IMG/VR virus record: IMGVR_UViG_3300017987_005500
Source of the DNA: a virus
Taxonomy: Duplodnaviria > Heunggongvirae > Uroviricota > Caudoviricetes
Direction: 5' to 3' (one strand)
DNA length: 64,000 nucleotides
Below are positions 18,130 to 28,381 of the stretch, piece by piece. Each line of letters starts with the position of its first letter. Position 1 is the stretch's first letter. The notes under the pieces are model-generated. The model had not been told where the DNA came from. It worked only from the letters and a program-made list of their open reading frames with translations, and did no database searches. The translations under genes and the position numbers were made by a program.

Positions 18130-18372
18130 ATGACAAAGAATGAAGCTATAAATAAATTGGAAGAAGCAGTAAGCAAGATTAATGTTGATGCAATCATGAA
18201 AAGTGCTATGCCAGAGTTAGCATTTGGATTTGAAATTAATAAAAATCTTGATGGAGATTTTGATGAGCTTGAAGCTCATGTCCCTAATGAAGAATTCGCT
18301 GAGATCATAGTAAAGATTCACCCTAACCACTTTAAAGTAGAAGGGGTTAATATATGTTTAATTAGGAGGTAA
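18130..18372 (+). CDS. Hypothetical protein
   Basis: AAGGA RBS. Confidence 0.6.
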   Translation: MTKNEAINKLEEAVSKINVDAIMKSAMPELAFGFEINKNLDGDFDELEAHVPNEEFAEIIVKIHPNHFKVEGVNICLIRR

Positions 18373-18593
18373 TCGTGGAAGTTAAAGTTGACTATTATGA
18401 GAAACATGATAATCACGTCCCGCTTGATTATAAGTATAGACGTGATTATAAAAAGAAGTCTCAATATATAGAGACACATGTTAAAACTAAAAGTATTGAT
18501 AAACAAAAGTATGCATGGAAAATAATAGTTCCAATTATAAATGCAATTGGAATATTAAGCATGTATTATACATTTATGTAAGGGGGTAATATT

Positions 18594-18950
18594 ATGAAAG
18601 AAGTTATATTAAATGATACACATCCAGGTAATCATAATGATAAAATAAAAGTTATAATTTGCAAATATGTACAAAAAGATAGTGATTTCACTGACGAAGG
18701 ATTAACTGGAGTAAGAAAAACAAATGAGTATTGCAAAGGTATGTTTGATGAGGACACTGACCCAATTCAAGATATCATTTATGAAGATGGAGAATATCAT
18801 TTCACTATGTCTAACATAACCACTATTTCAAGAGAACAAGTTGATCAGCTTTTGAAAGATGGTGAGCTTCATATTCAAAGAAAATTTGAAGATATTGGAG
18901 ATGAGAATGATGGTAAAGTATACTTTGATCTTAAAATTACAGTATTATAA
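18594..18950 (+). CDS. Hypothetical acidic protein
   Basis: AAGGGGGT RBS. Confidence 0.6.
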   Translation: MKEVILNDTHPGNHNDKIKVIICKYVQKDSDFTDEGLTGVRKTNEYCKGMFDEDTDPIQDIIYEDGEYHFTMSNITTISREQVDQLLKDGELHIQRKFEDIGDENDGKVYFDLKITVL

Positions 18951-18959
18951 GGGGATACC

Positions 18960-19127
18960 ATGAACGAAATTGATAAATTATTAAAGGATCTTGATGATAA
19001 AAAGATAACGGTGAAGGAATTCCATAATCAATCAAAAATTATATTTGCTATCAGACGAAAGAAGAGAAGAAGAGAAATGATGGACTTGATAAATATAATT
19101 AACAATGCAAAAGCAGTTGTCAGTTAG
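18960..19127 (+). CDS. 55-aa hypothetical protein (absent from ORF track)
   Basis: AAGGGG RBS; MNEIDKLLKD...KAVVS*; ends before a terminator. Confidence 0.55.
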   Translation: MNEIDKLLKDLDDKKITVKEFHNQSKIIFAIRRKKRRREMMDLINIINNAKAVVS

Positions 19128-19131
19128 TATT

Positions 19132-19164
19132 AAACTTGGGGGAATGATCTTCCCCCGAGTTTTT
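19132..19164 (+). terminator. Intrinsic, probably bidirectional terminator
   Basis: AAACTTGGGGGA/TCCCCCGAGTTT between convergent genes. Confidence 0.8.
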
Positions 19165-19556
19165 TATTTTAAATTATCATCAATTTGTTTTTTCAATATT
19201 GTTTCTGTTCTCAATAGATTTTGATATTCAGTCATCAATAATGTATTATTTTTATCTTCACTTAATTTCATTCTTAAGTCAGATAATTGATTTACTATCC
19301 ATTGATGTTTGAGTTGAAGTATTTGAATTTTAGTTAGCTTTTCTGATCTTTCTATTTTTGCAGATTGAGCAGCTTCGAATTGTGCAAATGTACTAACTGC
19401 TGCTTTTTCAAGTTTCTCTAAATCATCACCTTTTGCATATCTATCATCAAATGCAAATATAGCAGCTACCATTCCAAGAATTGTAGTAATTGCTGCAGCG
19501 GATGCTAAAACTTTCTTAGTTAAGTATTTTCTCTCTGTTGTTTTCTCTAAGTCCAT
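19164..19556 (-). CDS. Membrane-anchored coiled-coil protein
   Basis: N-terminal TM segment followed by a heptad-rich region. Confidence 0.6.
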   Translation of the reverse strand: MDLEKTTERKYLTKKVLASAAAITTILGMVAAIFAFDDRYAKGDDLEKLEKAAVSTFAQFEAAQSAKIERSEKLTKIQILQLKHQWIVNQLSDLRMKLSEDKNNTLLMTEYQNLLRTETILKKQIDDNLK

Positions 19557-19564
19557 AATTCCTC

Positions 19565-20704
19565 CTATTTATAAAATTCCTTAATTTTCAATACTACATA
19601 CCTTATCATTTCATCTGTTAAATCTGGATAAATAGGTAAAGCTAAAGTATTTTCAGCTGCATATTCAGAGTTAGGAAAATCTCCTTTTTTATATCTTAAA
19701 TCTCTAAAACATGGTTGAAGGTGAAGAGGTACTGGATAATAAATTTCAGTTTGAATGGCATTATCAAATAAAAATTCTTTTAATTCATCTCTTTTATTTG
19801 GAGCATATATTACATATTGATTATAGATGTGGCGACTTTGAGCTTCAACAGGAAGTGTAATATGTTTAGTTAAATCATTTTCCTCAAACCATTCATTGTA
19901 TTTAGTTGCATTTATTTGACGTGTTAAAGTCCACTTATCCAAATACTTTAATTTAACTGATAATATAGCTGCTTGAATTGCATCAAGTCTAAAGTTTCCT
20001 CCAATGATACCATGATGATATTTTGGAGCTGCTCCATGAGTCCTTAATAATTTCATCCTCTTATATAACTTTTCATCATTTGTAGTAACCATTCCACCAT
20101 CGCCAAATGCTCCTAAATTTTTTGATGGAAAGAATGAGAAACAACCAATGTGACCCATAGATCCTGCTCTATAATTATTATGGACAGCTCCAATTGCTTG
20201 AGCAGCATCTTCAATAATTGAAATTCCATGATTGTTTGCAAATTCAGCTATCTTAGACATATTGGCACATTGACCAAATAAATGAACAGGAATTATTGCT
20301 TTGACTCGAGAAAATCCATATGACATTTCAGTTAACTTTAAAATGATTTCGTCTAAATGATCAATAGATATATTAAATGTGTCTTTATCAATGTCCATAA
20401 AAACAGGAGTCGCTCCGACTCTCGCAATTGCTCCAGCAGTTGCAAAGAATGAATAAGGAGTTGTTATAACAATATCGCCTTGTTTGATATTGAGTGCCAT
20501 AAGAGCTATAATTAGAGCGTCGGTACCTGATGAAACTCCAAGAGCATATCTTGAAACACAATAACTTTTCATTGAATGTTCAAATTTCTCTACAGATTCT
20601 CCAAGAATAAATTGTTGATTTTCACATACTTCATTTATAGCTTCTTGAATCTCTCCTTTGATTTGACTATACTGTTTTTTCAGATCTAATAAAGGGACTT
20701 TCAT
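19565..20704 (-). CDS. DegT/DnrJ/EryC1/StrS sugar aminotransferase (WbpE-like)
   Basis: SSGTDAL, VHLFGQ, EDAAQA, SFFPSKNLGAFGDGG, NFRLDAIQA. Confidence 0.93.
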   Translation of the reverse strand: MKVPLLDLKKQYSQIKGEIQEAINEVCENQQFILGESVEKFEHSMKSYCVSRYALGVSSGTDALIIALMALNIKQGDIVITTPYSFFATAGAIARVGATPVFMDIDKDTFNISIDHLDEIILKLTEMSYGFSRVKAIIPVHLFGQCANMSKIAEFANNHGISIIEDAAQAIGAVHNNYRAGSMGHIGCFSFFPSKNLGAFGDGGMVTTNDEKLYKRMKLLRTHGAAPKYHHGIIGGNFRLDAIQAAILSVKLKYLDKWTLTRQINATKYNEWFEENDLTKHITLPVEAQSRHIYNQYVIYAPNKRDELKEFLFDNAIQTEIYYPVPLHLQPCFRDLRYKKGDFPNSEYAAENTLALPIYPDLTDEMIRYVVLKIKEFYK

Positions 20705-20705
20705 T

Positions 20706-21782
20706 TTATTTTTCCTTTAATAAAATTTCGCATATTCTTTCAGCTGCTTTTCCATCTCTAAGTCCATCATCCAATTTACCTAATTTATAATCAGGATTCA
20801 ATCTTTCTTCTGTATATCTTATAATTTTATCAAAATTGCTACCTGCTAATATATTATGTCCGCTATCTATTGTATCAACCTGTTCTGTATTTTCTCTTAA
20901 TGTGACACAAGGAACTTGTAGAGCAGCTGCTTCAATTTGAAGTCCACCTGAATCAGTTAAAACAACTTTTGCATATTTAACTAAAGTTATAAAGTCCATA
21001 TATCCTAAAGGTTCTAAAACAATAATATCTCTTAAATAATGTTGAAATTTAAATTGTATTATTTTATCTTGAGTCCTTGGATGAATTGGAAAAATTACTC
21101 TATTATTCATTGATAAATAAGAAAGTGCTTTAAGTATAAATTCAAGATTTTCTTTATTATCAACATTAGAAGGTCTATGCATAGTTACTGCGATATAAGG
21201 TTTCTTTCCATATGGATTTTTTGTAATCTTTTTAACATTATATAAAAGATTGTCAATCATTGTATCACCAACTACAAAAATTCTTTTTTCACTATAATTT
21301 TCTTCTAATAAATTTCCTCTTGCTTCATTGATTGTGCAAAATAAATAATCTGAAACAGAGTCTGCTACAATTCTATTTATTTCTTCAGGCATTGACATAT
21401 CATAACTTCTCAATCCTGCTTCAACATGAGCAACCTTTATATGAAGCTTTGAAGCAACTAATGCACAAGCTAAAGTTGAATTGACATCTCCTATAACAAC
21501 TACAAGATCAGGTCTTTCTTTAGTACATACCTTTTCAAATTCAAGCATTACATGAGCTGTTTGATGAGCATGAGATCCTGACCCAACTCCTAAATTATGA
21601 TGAGGTTCTGGAATCTCTAATTCCTGGAAAAAGACCTCCGACATTTTATGGTCGTAATGCTGGCCAGTATGAACAATTTTAAAAAGGACGTCAGGTTGTT
21701 GAGGATACTTTTTTAGTGCTCTTACAATTGGTGCAAGTTTCATAAAGTTTGGTCTTGCTCCAGCAGTTAATAATATTTTCAT
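20706..21782 (-). CDS. Non-hydrolysing UDP-GlcNAc 2-epimerase (WecB/WbpI-like)
   Basis: GARPNFMK, HTGQHYD, GDVNST, HVEAGLRS, PEEINR, TDSGG. Confidence 0.93.
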   Translation of the reverse strand: MKILLTAGARPNFMKLAPIVRALKKYPQQPDVLFKIVHTGQHYDHKMSEVFFQELEIPEPHHNLGVGSGSHAHQTAHVMLEFEKVCTKERPDLVVVIGDVNSTLACALVASKLHIKVAHVEAGLRSYDMSMPEEINRIVADSVSDYLFCTINEARGNLLEENYSEKRIFVVGDTMIDNLLYNVKKITKNPYGKKPYIAVTMHRPSNVDNKENLEFILKALSYLSMNNRVIFPIHPRTQDKIIQFKFQHYLRDIIVLEPLGYMDFITLVKYAKVVLTDSGGLQIEAAALQVPCVTLRENTEQVDTIDSGHNILAGSNFDKIIRYTEERLNPDYKLGKLDDGLRDGKAAERICEILLKEK

Positions 21783-21806
21783 TTTTCACCTATAAGGAAT
21801 CTTATA

Positions 21807-22175
21807 ATGTTAAAATTTAAACAAATTCAAGTTCTTCAATATTCTGTTTTTCCAAAAACAAATTTATGTCTTAAAATGGATGACCGATATAAAAAAATAA
21901 TAGAAAATAGCACACCGTTTTTAACAAGTGAATATAAAACAATAATTGATTTTTTATTTTGTGAAATATTTACTCAATGGAAAAAGAATTGCATGGATTT
22001 CTATTATAATAATGGTCCAAAAATGACTAACGATCCATATATAACTCAAAAAGAAATTAATGCCTTTGATACAATTCTTACTGAATTTGTACTTGGATCA
22101 TTATTGACAATAGATTTTGAAAATCATACATGGGACGAGTTTAAAGTTACTATTAATGATTTAATTTTTGCATAA
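21807..22175 (+). CDS. Hypothetical protein, antisense to the glycan operon
   Basis: 122-aa ORF filling the gap between the epimerase and wbpB-like genes. Confidence 0.55.
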   Translation: MLKFKQIQVLQYSVFPKTNLCLKMDDRYKKIIENSTPFLTSEYKTIIDFLFCEIFTQWKKNCMDFYYNNGPKMTNDPYITQKEINAFDTILTEFVLGSLLTIDFENHTWDEFKVTINDLIFA

Positions 22176-23030
22176 AAATCTTTTATCTCTCATTTTAGTA
22201 ACTAATTCAATAGCTGGCATAACATCTTTAATTGTAAATCCTCTTCCTGCTAATATCTCCTTATATGATTCTATATGAAAATCTGAAAATATATCGTCGA
22301 ATCTTATTTCTTTTCCACTCACAGTTATTGATCTAAAAAATTTTAAATTAGAATCAGGTAAATTGTTTCTATCTACAGAAAGCATCCATTTTATTTCGGC
22401 ACATTCTAAATCAAGATTTCCTCGCACTGTTTTTTCAGTTCTCTCTTCTATAGTCATACTCTCAGGTTTTCCAAACATCCATATAAGCATATCAAAAAAG
22501 TGTATCCCAATATTAGTTTCAATTCCTCCACTTTGCTTTTCATTTCCTTTCCAAGATCTATGATACCATTCGCCCCGCGGGGTTATATATTTCAATTCAA
22601 CATTATAATGTTTATAATCAAGAATTGTATCTTTTAACTCTTTAAGTCTTTTATGTAATCTCAATTGTAAAATATTATATATTTTCTTTCCTGTCTCTTT
22701 CTCAAGTTCTTCTAATTGAGGAAGATTCCAATTGCATAAAACCAAAGGTTTTTCACATATTACATTTGCTCCTAATCTTAACGCCATTTTACAATGAAAT
22801 TCATGAAGATAATTAGGAGAGCATATTGATATATAATCAACTTTATTCTTTGATAAGTATCTATCAAATTGTTCTGTCTTAGTAAAAAATTTACAATTCG
22901 GAAAATAAGAGTCTAAAATTCCAACTGAATCATGTGGATCAAGAGCTGCAATTAATTCATGTCCTGTTTCTTTAATTGCTTTCATATGTCTTGGCGCAAC
23001 ATAACCTACTCCAATTAATGCAAATTTCAT
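22161..23030 (-). CDS. wbpB: UDP-GlcNAcA 3-dehydrogenase (Gfo/Idh/MocA)
   Basis: MKFALIG.GYVAPRHMKAIKETG, DSVGILDSYFP, ICSPNYLH, CEKPL, SWKG, TNIGIHFFD. Start moved to 23030. Confidence 0.9.
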   Translation of the reverse strand: MKFALIGVGYVAPRHMKAIKETGHELIAALDPHDSVGILDSYFPNCKFFTKTEQFDRYLSKNKVDYISICSPNYLHEFHCKMALRLGANVICEKPLVLCNWNLPQLEELEKETGKKIYNILQLRLHKRLKELKDTILDYKHYNVELKYITPRGEWYHRSWKGNEKQSGGIETNIGIHFFDMLIWMFGKPESMTIEERTEKTVRGNLDLECAEIKWMLSVDRNNLPDSNLKFFRSITVSGKEIRFDDIFSDFHIESYKEILAGRGFTIKDVMPAIELVTKMRDKRFLCKN

Positions 23031-23046
23031 AATTATAATTCCTTTC

Positions 23047-23991
23047 TTATATACAAATAGTTTGTGATATTTTACCTGTTGAGCATTCATCTTTATGTCC
23101 ATATTTATAATGACATTTTTTACAACAAGCAATTCCAAAGTCAGGATCTAATGCAAAAAATGGTTCTAATTTTTGTGGTTTAATATGATGAACATCTATA
23201 GCTTCATCTTCACAATATTCGCATTTATAATTTGCTCTTTTTAATACTTCAGTTCTCCAAATATTATATTCAGATTGTGTATAATTATATAACCTCTTAT
23301 TATTTATATTCATTAACTGTTTTATAGTTTTTCCATATAAGGGACATTCGTATTTGCATTCTTCAGAACAATAAAAATATGAAGTATAAGTGCCATCAAT
23401 AGATTCAATTGAAGAAATTCTAAATTCAATTTGTCTTGTTGTTGGAGTGAACCAACCATTTTGTTCTTTTGAATTTGGGCAATTATGATTTTTGCAATGA
23501 ACTTGAATTTCTTTTTCATTTGGTTTGTCAGGGTTATATCTCATTTCTTCAATTTTTGAAAATAATGGATATTTTAAATTGATGTTTTTTATTGTTCTTC
23601 TTTTTCCTGGTGGTTTTTGCTTTTTTCTTGCTTCTTTAATTTTAGAAATATGTTCTTTAGAAAATACTCTTCCTTTTAATTTATTACTTATTTTTTGTCT
23701 CGTTTTTTCAGAAACAATTCTATTTTTCATTTTTTCACAAACTTCATTTGATCTCTTTTTTCCTTTACAAGATTTAGATATTTTTTTTTTAGTTTCTTCA
23801 GTGTGTTTATTTCCTATATTACAATCTCTAATTTTTTGTTTAGTTTCTTCACTAACTATTTTACCTATTAATTTTTTACTAATTTGTTTTTTCATATTTG
23901 GGCAATATTGCCATTTAGATGAACAACACCATTTGCCATTTTTAAATGGAAATTTTGCAGTTTGTTCACATCCATATTCACAAATTTTCAT
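23047..23991 (-). mobile_element. Free-standing HNH homing endonuclease (CEYGC, NUMOD3, WFTPT module, HNH)
   Basis: CEYGC...GKWCC...CP; YPLFSKIEEMRYNPDKP; CEYC...HHIKP...CCKKCH. Confidence 0.8.
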
Positions 23992-24476
23992 ATCAATTCT
24001 CCCTTAGGAACTTTCCCAATATCTTTTGCTGGATGACCCATATACATTCTTCCTGCCATTGTACTTTTTGAAACTAAAGACCCTGCTCCAATTAATGTAT
24101 TCGAAGCAATATCAACTCCAGGTAAGATAGTTACTCTTGCTCCAATTCTTGCTCCATATCTTATAATAGGAGGTTCTGCAATATCTTTATAATCCCTTTT
24201 ATATGCAATAATTTTTGTATTTGTAGTCATACAACCCATCCCCACAAAAACATAATTTCCAATATAACATTCTCTACATATATTTGAAAATTGCATAATC
24301 TGGGTATGTTCTCCAATGATTGCATCAGCAGCTATAAAACAATGAGCTCTTATTTGAGAATGATTTCCAATTTTAACGCCAGGTCTTATAACTGCATAGT
24401 GACCTATATAACAACCTTCTCCAATTTCAGCACCACTTTCAATTATTGCAGTTCGCTCAACTACAGTTTTTTTCAT
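23988..24476 (-). CDS. Hexapeptide-repeat N-acetyltransferase (WbpD-like)
   Basis: Left-handed beta-helix repeats; IGAGSLVSK...GHPA. Confidence 0.85.
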   Translation of the reverse strand: MKKTVVERTAIIESGAEIGEGCYIGHYAVIRPGVKIGNHSQIRAHCFIAADAIIGEHTQIMQFSNICRECYIGNYVFVGMGCMTTNTKIIAYKRDYKDIAEPPIIRYGARIGARVTILPGVDIASNTLIGAGSLVSKSTMAGRMYMGHPAKDIGKVPKGELI

Positions 24477-25042
24477 TAAAGTCTCCTTGAATGAAACATA
24501 AATATTTTAGCGTCTTTTGCTGGATTAGTTTCGATTATTCTCCACTCACAATTATCAAAATCTATAAGACTTTCATAACGATTTATTATTACATTTTGAT
24601 TCTTAAAATATCTTACATGAGATTCATAGTCCCTATTAGGAACTGAAAATATTACTGGACTTCCTGATGGAATTCTTCTTATTACATCCATATCTCTCAC
24701 AATATGCTCAAGAGCTTCAATGCAAACATATATAGCATCATCTGTAAATAAGCTATTAATATCATCGCTTAAAAGATCATTGCATATAAAAGTCTTATCA
24801 GGACTTATTCTTTTAGCTTCTCGAATTACATCTTTTGAAAAATCAATTCCATAATATTTATGTTTCCTAACTAACAATGAGAAATAACCAACTCCACACC
24901 CAAGATCAACAACTGTCCTATAATCTTTATGAGATGGTAAGAGCTTTTTAGCTTCTTCATATATTTTCATATTATGTTCCAAAGCACCCTTTTTTAAATA
25001 ACCTTTTCCTGTATAAAACTCAGGACCTTTTTCAGTTCCCAT
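24476..25042 (-). CDS. Class I SAM-dependent methyltransferase
   Basis: VVDLGCGVG, GIDFS, EALEH, FSVP. Confidence 0.85.
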   Translation of the reverse strand: MGTEKGPEFYTGKGYLKKGALEHNMKIYEEAKKLLPSHKDYRTVVDLGCGVGYFSLLVRKHKYYGIDFSKDVIREAKRISPDKTFICNDLLSDDINSLFTDDAIYVCIEALEHIVRDMDVIRRIPSGSPVIFSVPNRDYESHVRYFKNQNVIINRYESLIDFDNCEWRIIETNPAKDAKIFMFHSRRL

Positions 25043-25963
25043 TTATACCCCCAATTCATCTTTGATTATTTTAGTCATTTCTTTTACTCTCTGTTCACAA
25101 CTATGATGTTTTCTTACAAACTCCATACCTTGATTAGCAATTTTAGCTCTTCGATTTTCATTCTTTGGATTCATATAAAATTTTGCTTTATCAACTAAGT
25201 CATTTAAATCTTTATATATTACTAAATGCTTTTCATCTTCTAACCCTACAATACCTAAATCTTCAGGTTCATCAGCTAAAAGAAAACCTCCACAAGCTAA
25301 TGTCTCAGTATATTTCATTGACAATGATCCAAATATATTATTACTTGTCAATGTAATTTTACAGCGATTAATGTTACTAATTAATTGTTGATGAATAACT
25401 CTTTTCTTTGTTACTTTAAATCCATTTTTTTCAAGGATTTTTCTTGCAGCTTTTCTATGAGGATATATGTCAATTCTATCTGTATAAGCTGCCAATATTC
25501 TATTTTCTTTTTTAGAATTAAAATTTTTATAAATATTTGTATCAACTGAAAAGGGCAAGAGTTTAACCTTATCACATACCTTATTTTTAATATGTAATTT
25601 CAATGCTCTTTGAGTTATAGCAAATACTAAATCATATTTATTTTCTGCAAAGAAAATATTCTGTTTTGAAATTCCAGGTTCTCTAACATAATCAACATTG
25701 ATATGAACTTTTAAAATATCTTTTATTTCTCCAAGTCCTTTAAATGGAACTGAATATCTCCATCCATGTGTCAATATAATATCAGGTTTATCCTTCTTAT
25801 AAAACTTATCTATAACCTTCATAACGGTCAATTTTGGGTTGTAATTTGGATACCCCTCACCATAATATACAACGTCATGTTGTCTCCCTATCTCCTGTCT
25901 AAATAGAGCATGTCCCCAATTATAGCTATGAAATCTATTTGGATGAAGTATTAATATTTTCAA
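25043..25963 (-). CDS. GT-B glycosyltransferase (CgeB/Glyco_trans_1_2-like)
   Basis: LPFSVD; KYTETLACGGFLL; RRAKIANQG..FVRKHHS..QR. Confidence 0.8.
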   Translation of the reverse strand: MKILILHPNRFHSYNWGHALFRQEIGRQHDVVYYGEGYPNYNPKLTVMKVIDKFYKKDKPDIILTHGWRYSVPFKGLGEIKDILKVHINVDYVREPGISKQNIFFAENKYDLVFAITQRALKLHIKNKVCDKVKLLPFSVDTNIYKNFNSKKENRILAAYTDRIDIYPHRKAARKILEKNGFKVTKKRVIHQQLISNINRCKITLTSNNIFGSLSMKYTETLACGGFLLADEPEDLGIVGLEDEKHLVIYKDLNDLVDKAKFYMNPKNENRRAKIANQGMEFVRKHHSCEQRVKEMTKIIKDELGV

Positions 25964-25965
25964 TT

Positions 25966-26634
25966 TTATTTCCTAACTTGAAGTAAGTATGAAAAGCGTC
26001 GTCCGTCTTTTGTAATTTGTTCCGTATCATGAAACTCGCATCCTTTTAAATGTTTCATTTCTTCAAAAAGACGTTCTTTAAGTACAGGTTTATGCATATC
26101 ATCAAATAAGATTATAGTTTGATCATGACAAAAATCTTTGAATAAAGGTTTGAAATAACCTAATCTCTTTTTAGTCATATCAATATCAAAGAATATCAAG
26201 TCAGCTGATTGTTTTGGCACATCTTTCCATGTATAAAAATTGTCAGATGATACCTCATTATGTATACAATATTGTTTACTTTTTTCTAACCAAACTTTAT
26301 CAGAGTCAACTGAAATAGATTTAATATCTTCTCCAGCTGTTTTTATATATTTTCTTATGGCAAATGAGCTGAAACCACTTCCAAAATCAATTACAGTTTT
26401 AGGTTGAACAATTTCTATTAAATGCAAAAAATATGAACAACAAATTAATGATGCTGCCATGCTTCTTGTTGAAACTTCAGTTGTATAATTTTCATAATCT
26501 CTCCTCAGAAGTGAACTATATCTATCCAATTCAAATGTTTCATGTAACTCTCTAATATTAAAATCATGTAAGTTCATTAATTTCTCCCAATAATTGTAAT
26601 ATGTTTCTGAAAAATGTAGGTCCTTTATGTTCAA
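25966..26634 (-). CDS. SAM-dependent methyltransferase-like protein
   Basis: VIDFGSGFSS, SVDSD, DLIFFD, ILFDD. Start uncertain. Confidence 0.65.
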   Translation of the reverse strand: MNIKDLHFSETYYNYWEKLMNLHDFNIRELHETFELDRYSSLLRRDYENYTTEVSTRSMAASLICCSYFLHLIEIVQPKTVIDFGSGFSSFAIRKYIKTAGEDIKSISVDSDKVWLEKSKQYCIHNEVSSDNFYTWKDVPKQSADLIFFDIDMTKKRLGYFKPLFKDFCHDQTIILFDDMHKPVLKERLFEEMKHLKGCEFHDTEQITKDGRRFSYLLQVRK

Positions 26635-27322
26635 TATCTGCTAACTCTATACAATATTTAGCAATTCTTAAATCTGCATAAGGTTCGTCAGATCCAAAAA
26701 TAATTCTTTTACATCCTAATTCATCAACTGCTCTTTCAATTAACCATGGCAATTTAACTGCAGAAGTATCTAAATAAATATTTGGTAATGGCAATGGAGA
26801 TAATATATTAATAGCTTCATCAATAAGATCTGAAGCATTTCCTCCTAAATGTGCAGCAATAAAATTAACATCAGGATTATTTGTAGCTGCTTTAATTAAA
26901 TGAGATATATGACTCTTCTTATCTCTTCCACAATGAACCAAAATAGGTAATTTAAATAATCGAGCTTTATTAATATATGGTTTTAATACATTACTAGAGA
27001 TAACATGTCTGTATACACTTGGGTGATATTTAAGTCCATATATTTCTTTTCTGTGTCTGGTTATTTGATTAAGAACTAATTTATTTTTTGGTTCTATTAA
27101 AAGGAAAGGATATAATTTAAAATTATCTCTATTTTCAAATAAATTTACATCTTTTATTAGATCTAAATTTAATTCATATGTAGCATTAAGATTAGAGATG
27201 TTGGGCATTATAACAGCTCCACTTATATTATGACTTCTTGCAAATTTAATATATGATTTAATGGTGAAATGTCTAGTGCTCTTTTCAGTTTCTCCGATGT
27301 GGACATGTCCATCAATCACCAT
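26564..27322 (-). CDS. Amidohydrolase_2 family metallohydrolase
   Basis: IDGHVH, KYHP, LVHCG, AAHLG, LDTS, FGSDEP. Confidence 0.85.
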   Translation of the reverse strand: MVIDGHVHIGETEKSTRHFTIKSYIKFARSHNISGAVIMPNISNLNATYELNLDLIKDVNLFENRDNFKLYPFLLIEPKNKLVLNQITRHRKEIYGLKYHPSVYRHVISSNVLKPYINKARLFKLPILVHCGRDKKSHISHLIKAATNNPDVNFIAAHLGGNASDLIDEAINILSPLPLPNIYLDTSAVKLPWLIERAVDELGCKRIIFGSDEPYADLRIAKYCIELADIEHKGPTFFRNILQLLGEINELT

Positions 27323-27920
27323 ATGGATACCTCACTTTCCGAGCAATGAATCCCTCAGCATGAATATTATCTGTTGAAATTATAGATCCCCAAAATGCTT
27401 CCCTCTTATCAATTATATCTACATTGATTGCTCCACATTCTATCTGACTTTTAAATAGTTGTAATATTTCTTTCTTTTTTGAAAAATCAATTTTATTAAA
27501 TACATTTGGATTAAAATCATATGTTGAACCACTTGAATAAAAGAAAGTTGATGTATTTCTCTTTCTTCCTGCTGCTTGACCAATTACAGATGCTCTTCTA
27601 TGATCTTGATGTGTATCAAATTCCCAAGGTACAAATAAAATATCTGGAGAATCGCTATCTATATAATTGATTATTCCCTCAGCATTATCATTTGAATTAA
27701 ATGTTTTTAAATGAACTTTCATTCTTGTTTCAATTGTTGTCATTTGTTTAAGCACATTTAATTGTTCAGTAGCTCTATTATTAGGATCTCCTGTCAAATG
27801 TTCATCTTTTTTGATTATAATAAATTTGACATCATCTCCTTTATTTATATGCTTTGATAATGTCCCTGCACAACCTATTTCAATATCATCATAATGAGAA
27901 CCAATAGCAACAATTTTCAT
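27312..27920 (-). CDS. PIG-L/LmbE family N-deacetylase
   Basis: SHYDDIEIGC, DTHQDH, FKSQ. Confidence 0.88.
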   Translation of the reverse strand: MKIVAIGSHYDDIEIGCAGTLSKHINKGDDVKFIIIKKDEHLTGDPNNRATEQLNVLKQMTTIETRMKVHLKTFNSNDNAEGIINYIDSDSPDILFVPWEFDTHQDHRRASVIGQAAGRKRNTSTFFYSSGSTYDFNPNVFNKIDFSKKKEILQLFKSQIECGAINVDIIDKREAFWGSIISTDNIHAEGFIARKVRYPYGD

Positions 27921-28270
27921 GTAGTTTCCTCATAAGATTTTAGTTTTTCAAAACCTTTTGTTTTTAACAATGTAGCTAAATCTCTCCCATCCTTTAACTG
28001 AATTGAGCATTCATATCTTCCATAAATTCCTGCTGAGCTTTTAGATGAAGACAATGTAACATTTTCATCTTCAATTAATCTTCTTACAAACTCATTTGCT
28101 TTCAATCCATGTGTTCTTTCAGCTTCACTTTTAGGACGCCATGTTTCAGGAGTATCAATTCCCATAAGACGAAATCTCTCAGTTCTCTTTGTATGAAAAC
28201 CTAAATCAATTTCAATATCATAAGTATCTCCATCAACGACTCTTATAACGCTTCCTTTATATTGATACAT
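27917..28270 (-). CDS. Thermonuclease (SNase-like)
   Basis: RVVDGDT, RLMGIDTPE, YGR. AAGGAG precedes MYQY at 28270; the ORF is open to 28381. Confidence 0.85.
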   Translation of the reverse strand: MYQYKGSVIRVVDGDTYDIEIDLGFHTKRTERFRLMGIDTPETWRPKSEAERTHGLKANEFVRRLIEDENVTLSSSKSSAGIYGRYECSIQLKDGRDLATLLKTKGFEKLKSYEETT

Positions 28271-28381
28271 TTGAGGTCTCCTTTCGTAATTCAGTTCACC
28301 AGTATTTTCAAACACAATGATTGACATATTAATGTAATCATCTTCAGTGTCTTTCATATGTCTAAATTTTTCAAGTCCCAT

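Noticed and set aside
19164-19556. Holin or spanin
   Set aside because: One TM plus coiled coil is compatible, but no endolysin or lipoprotein partner is adjacent.
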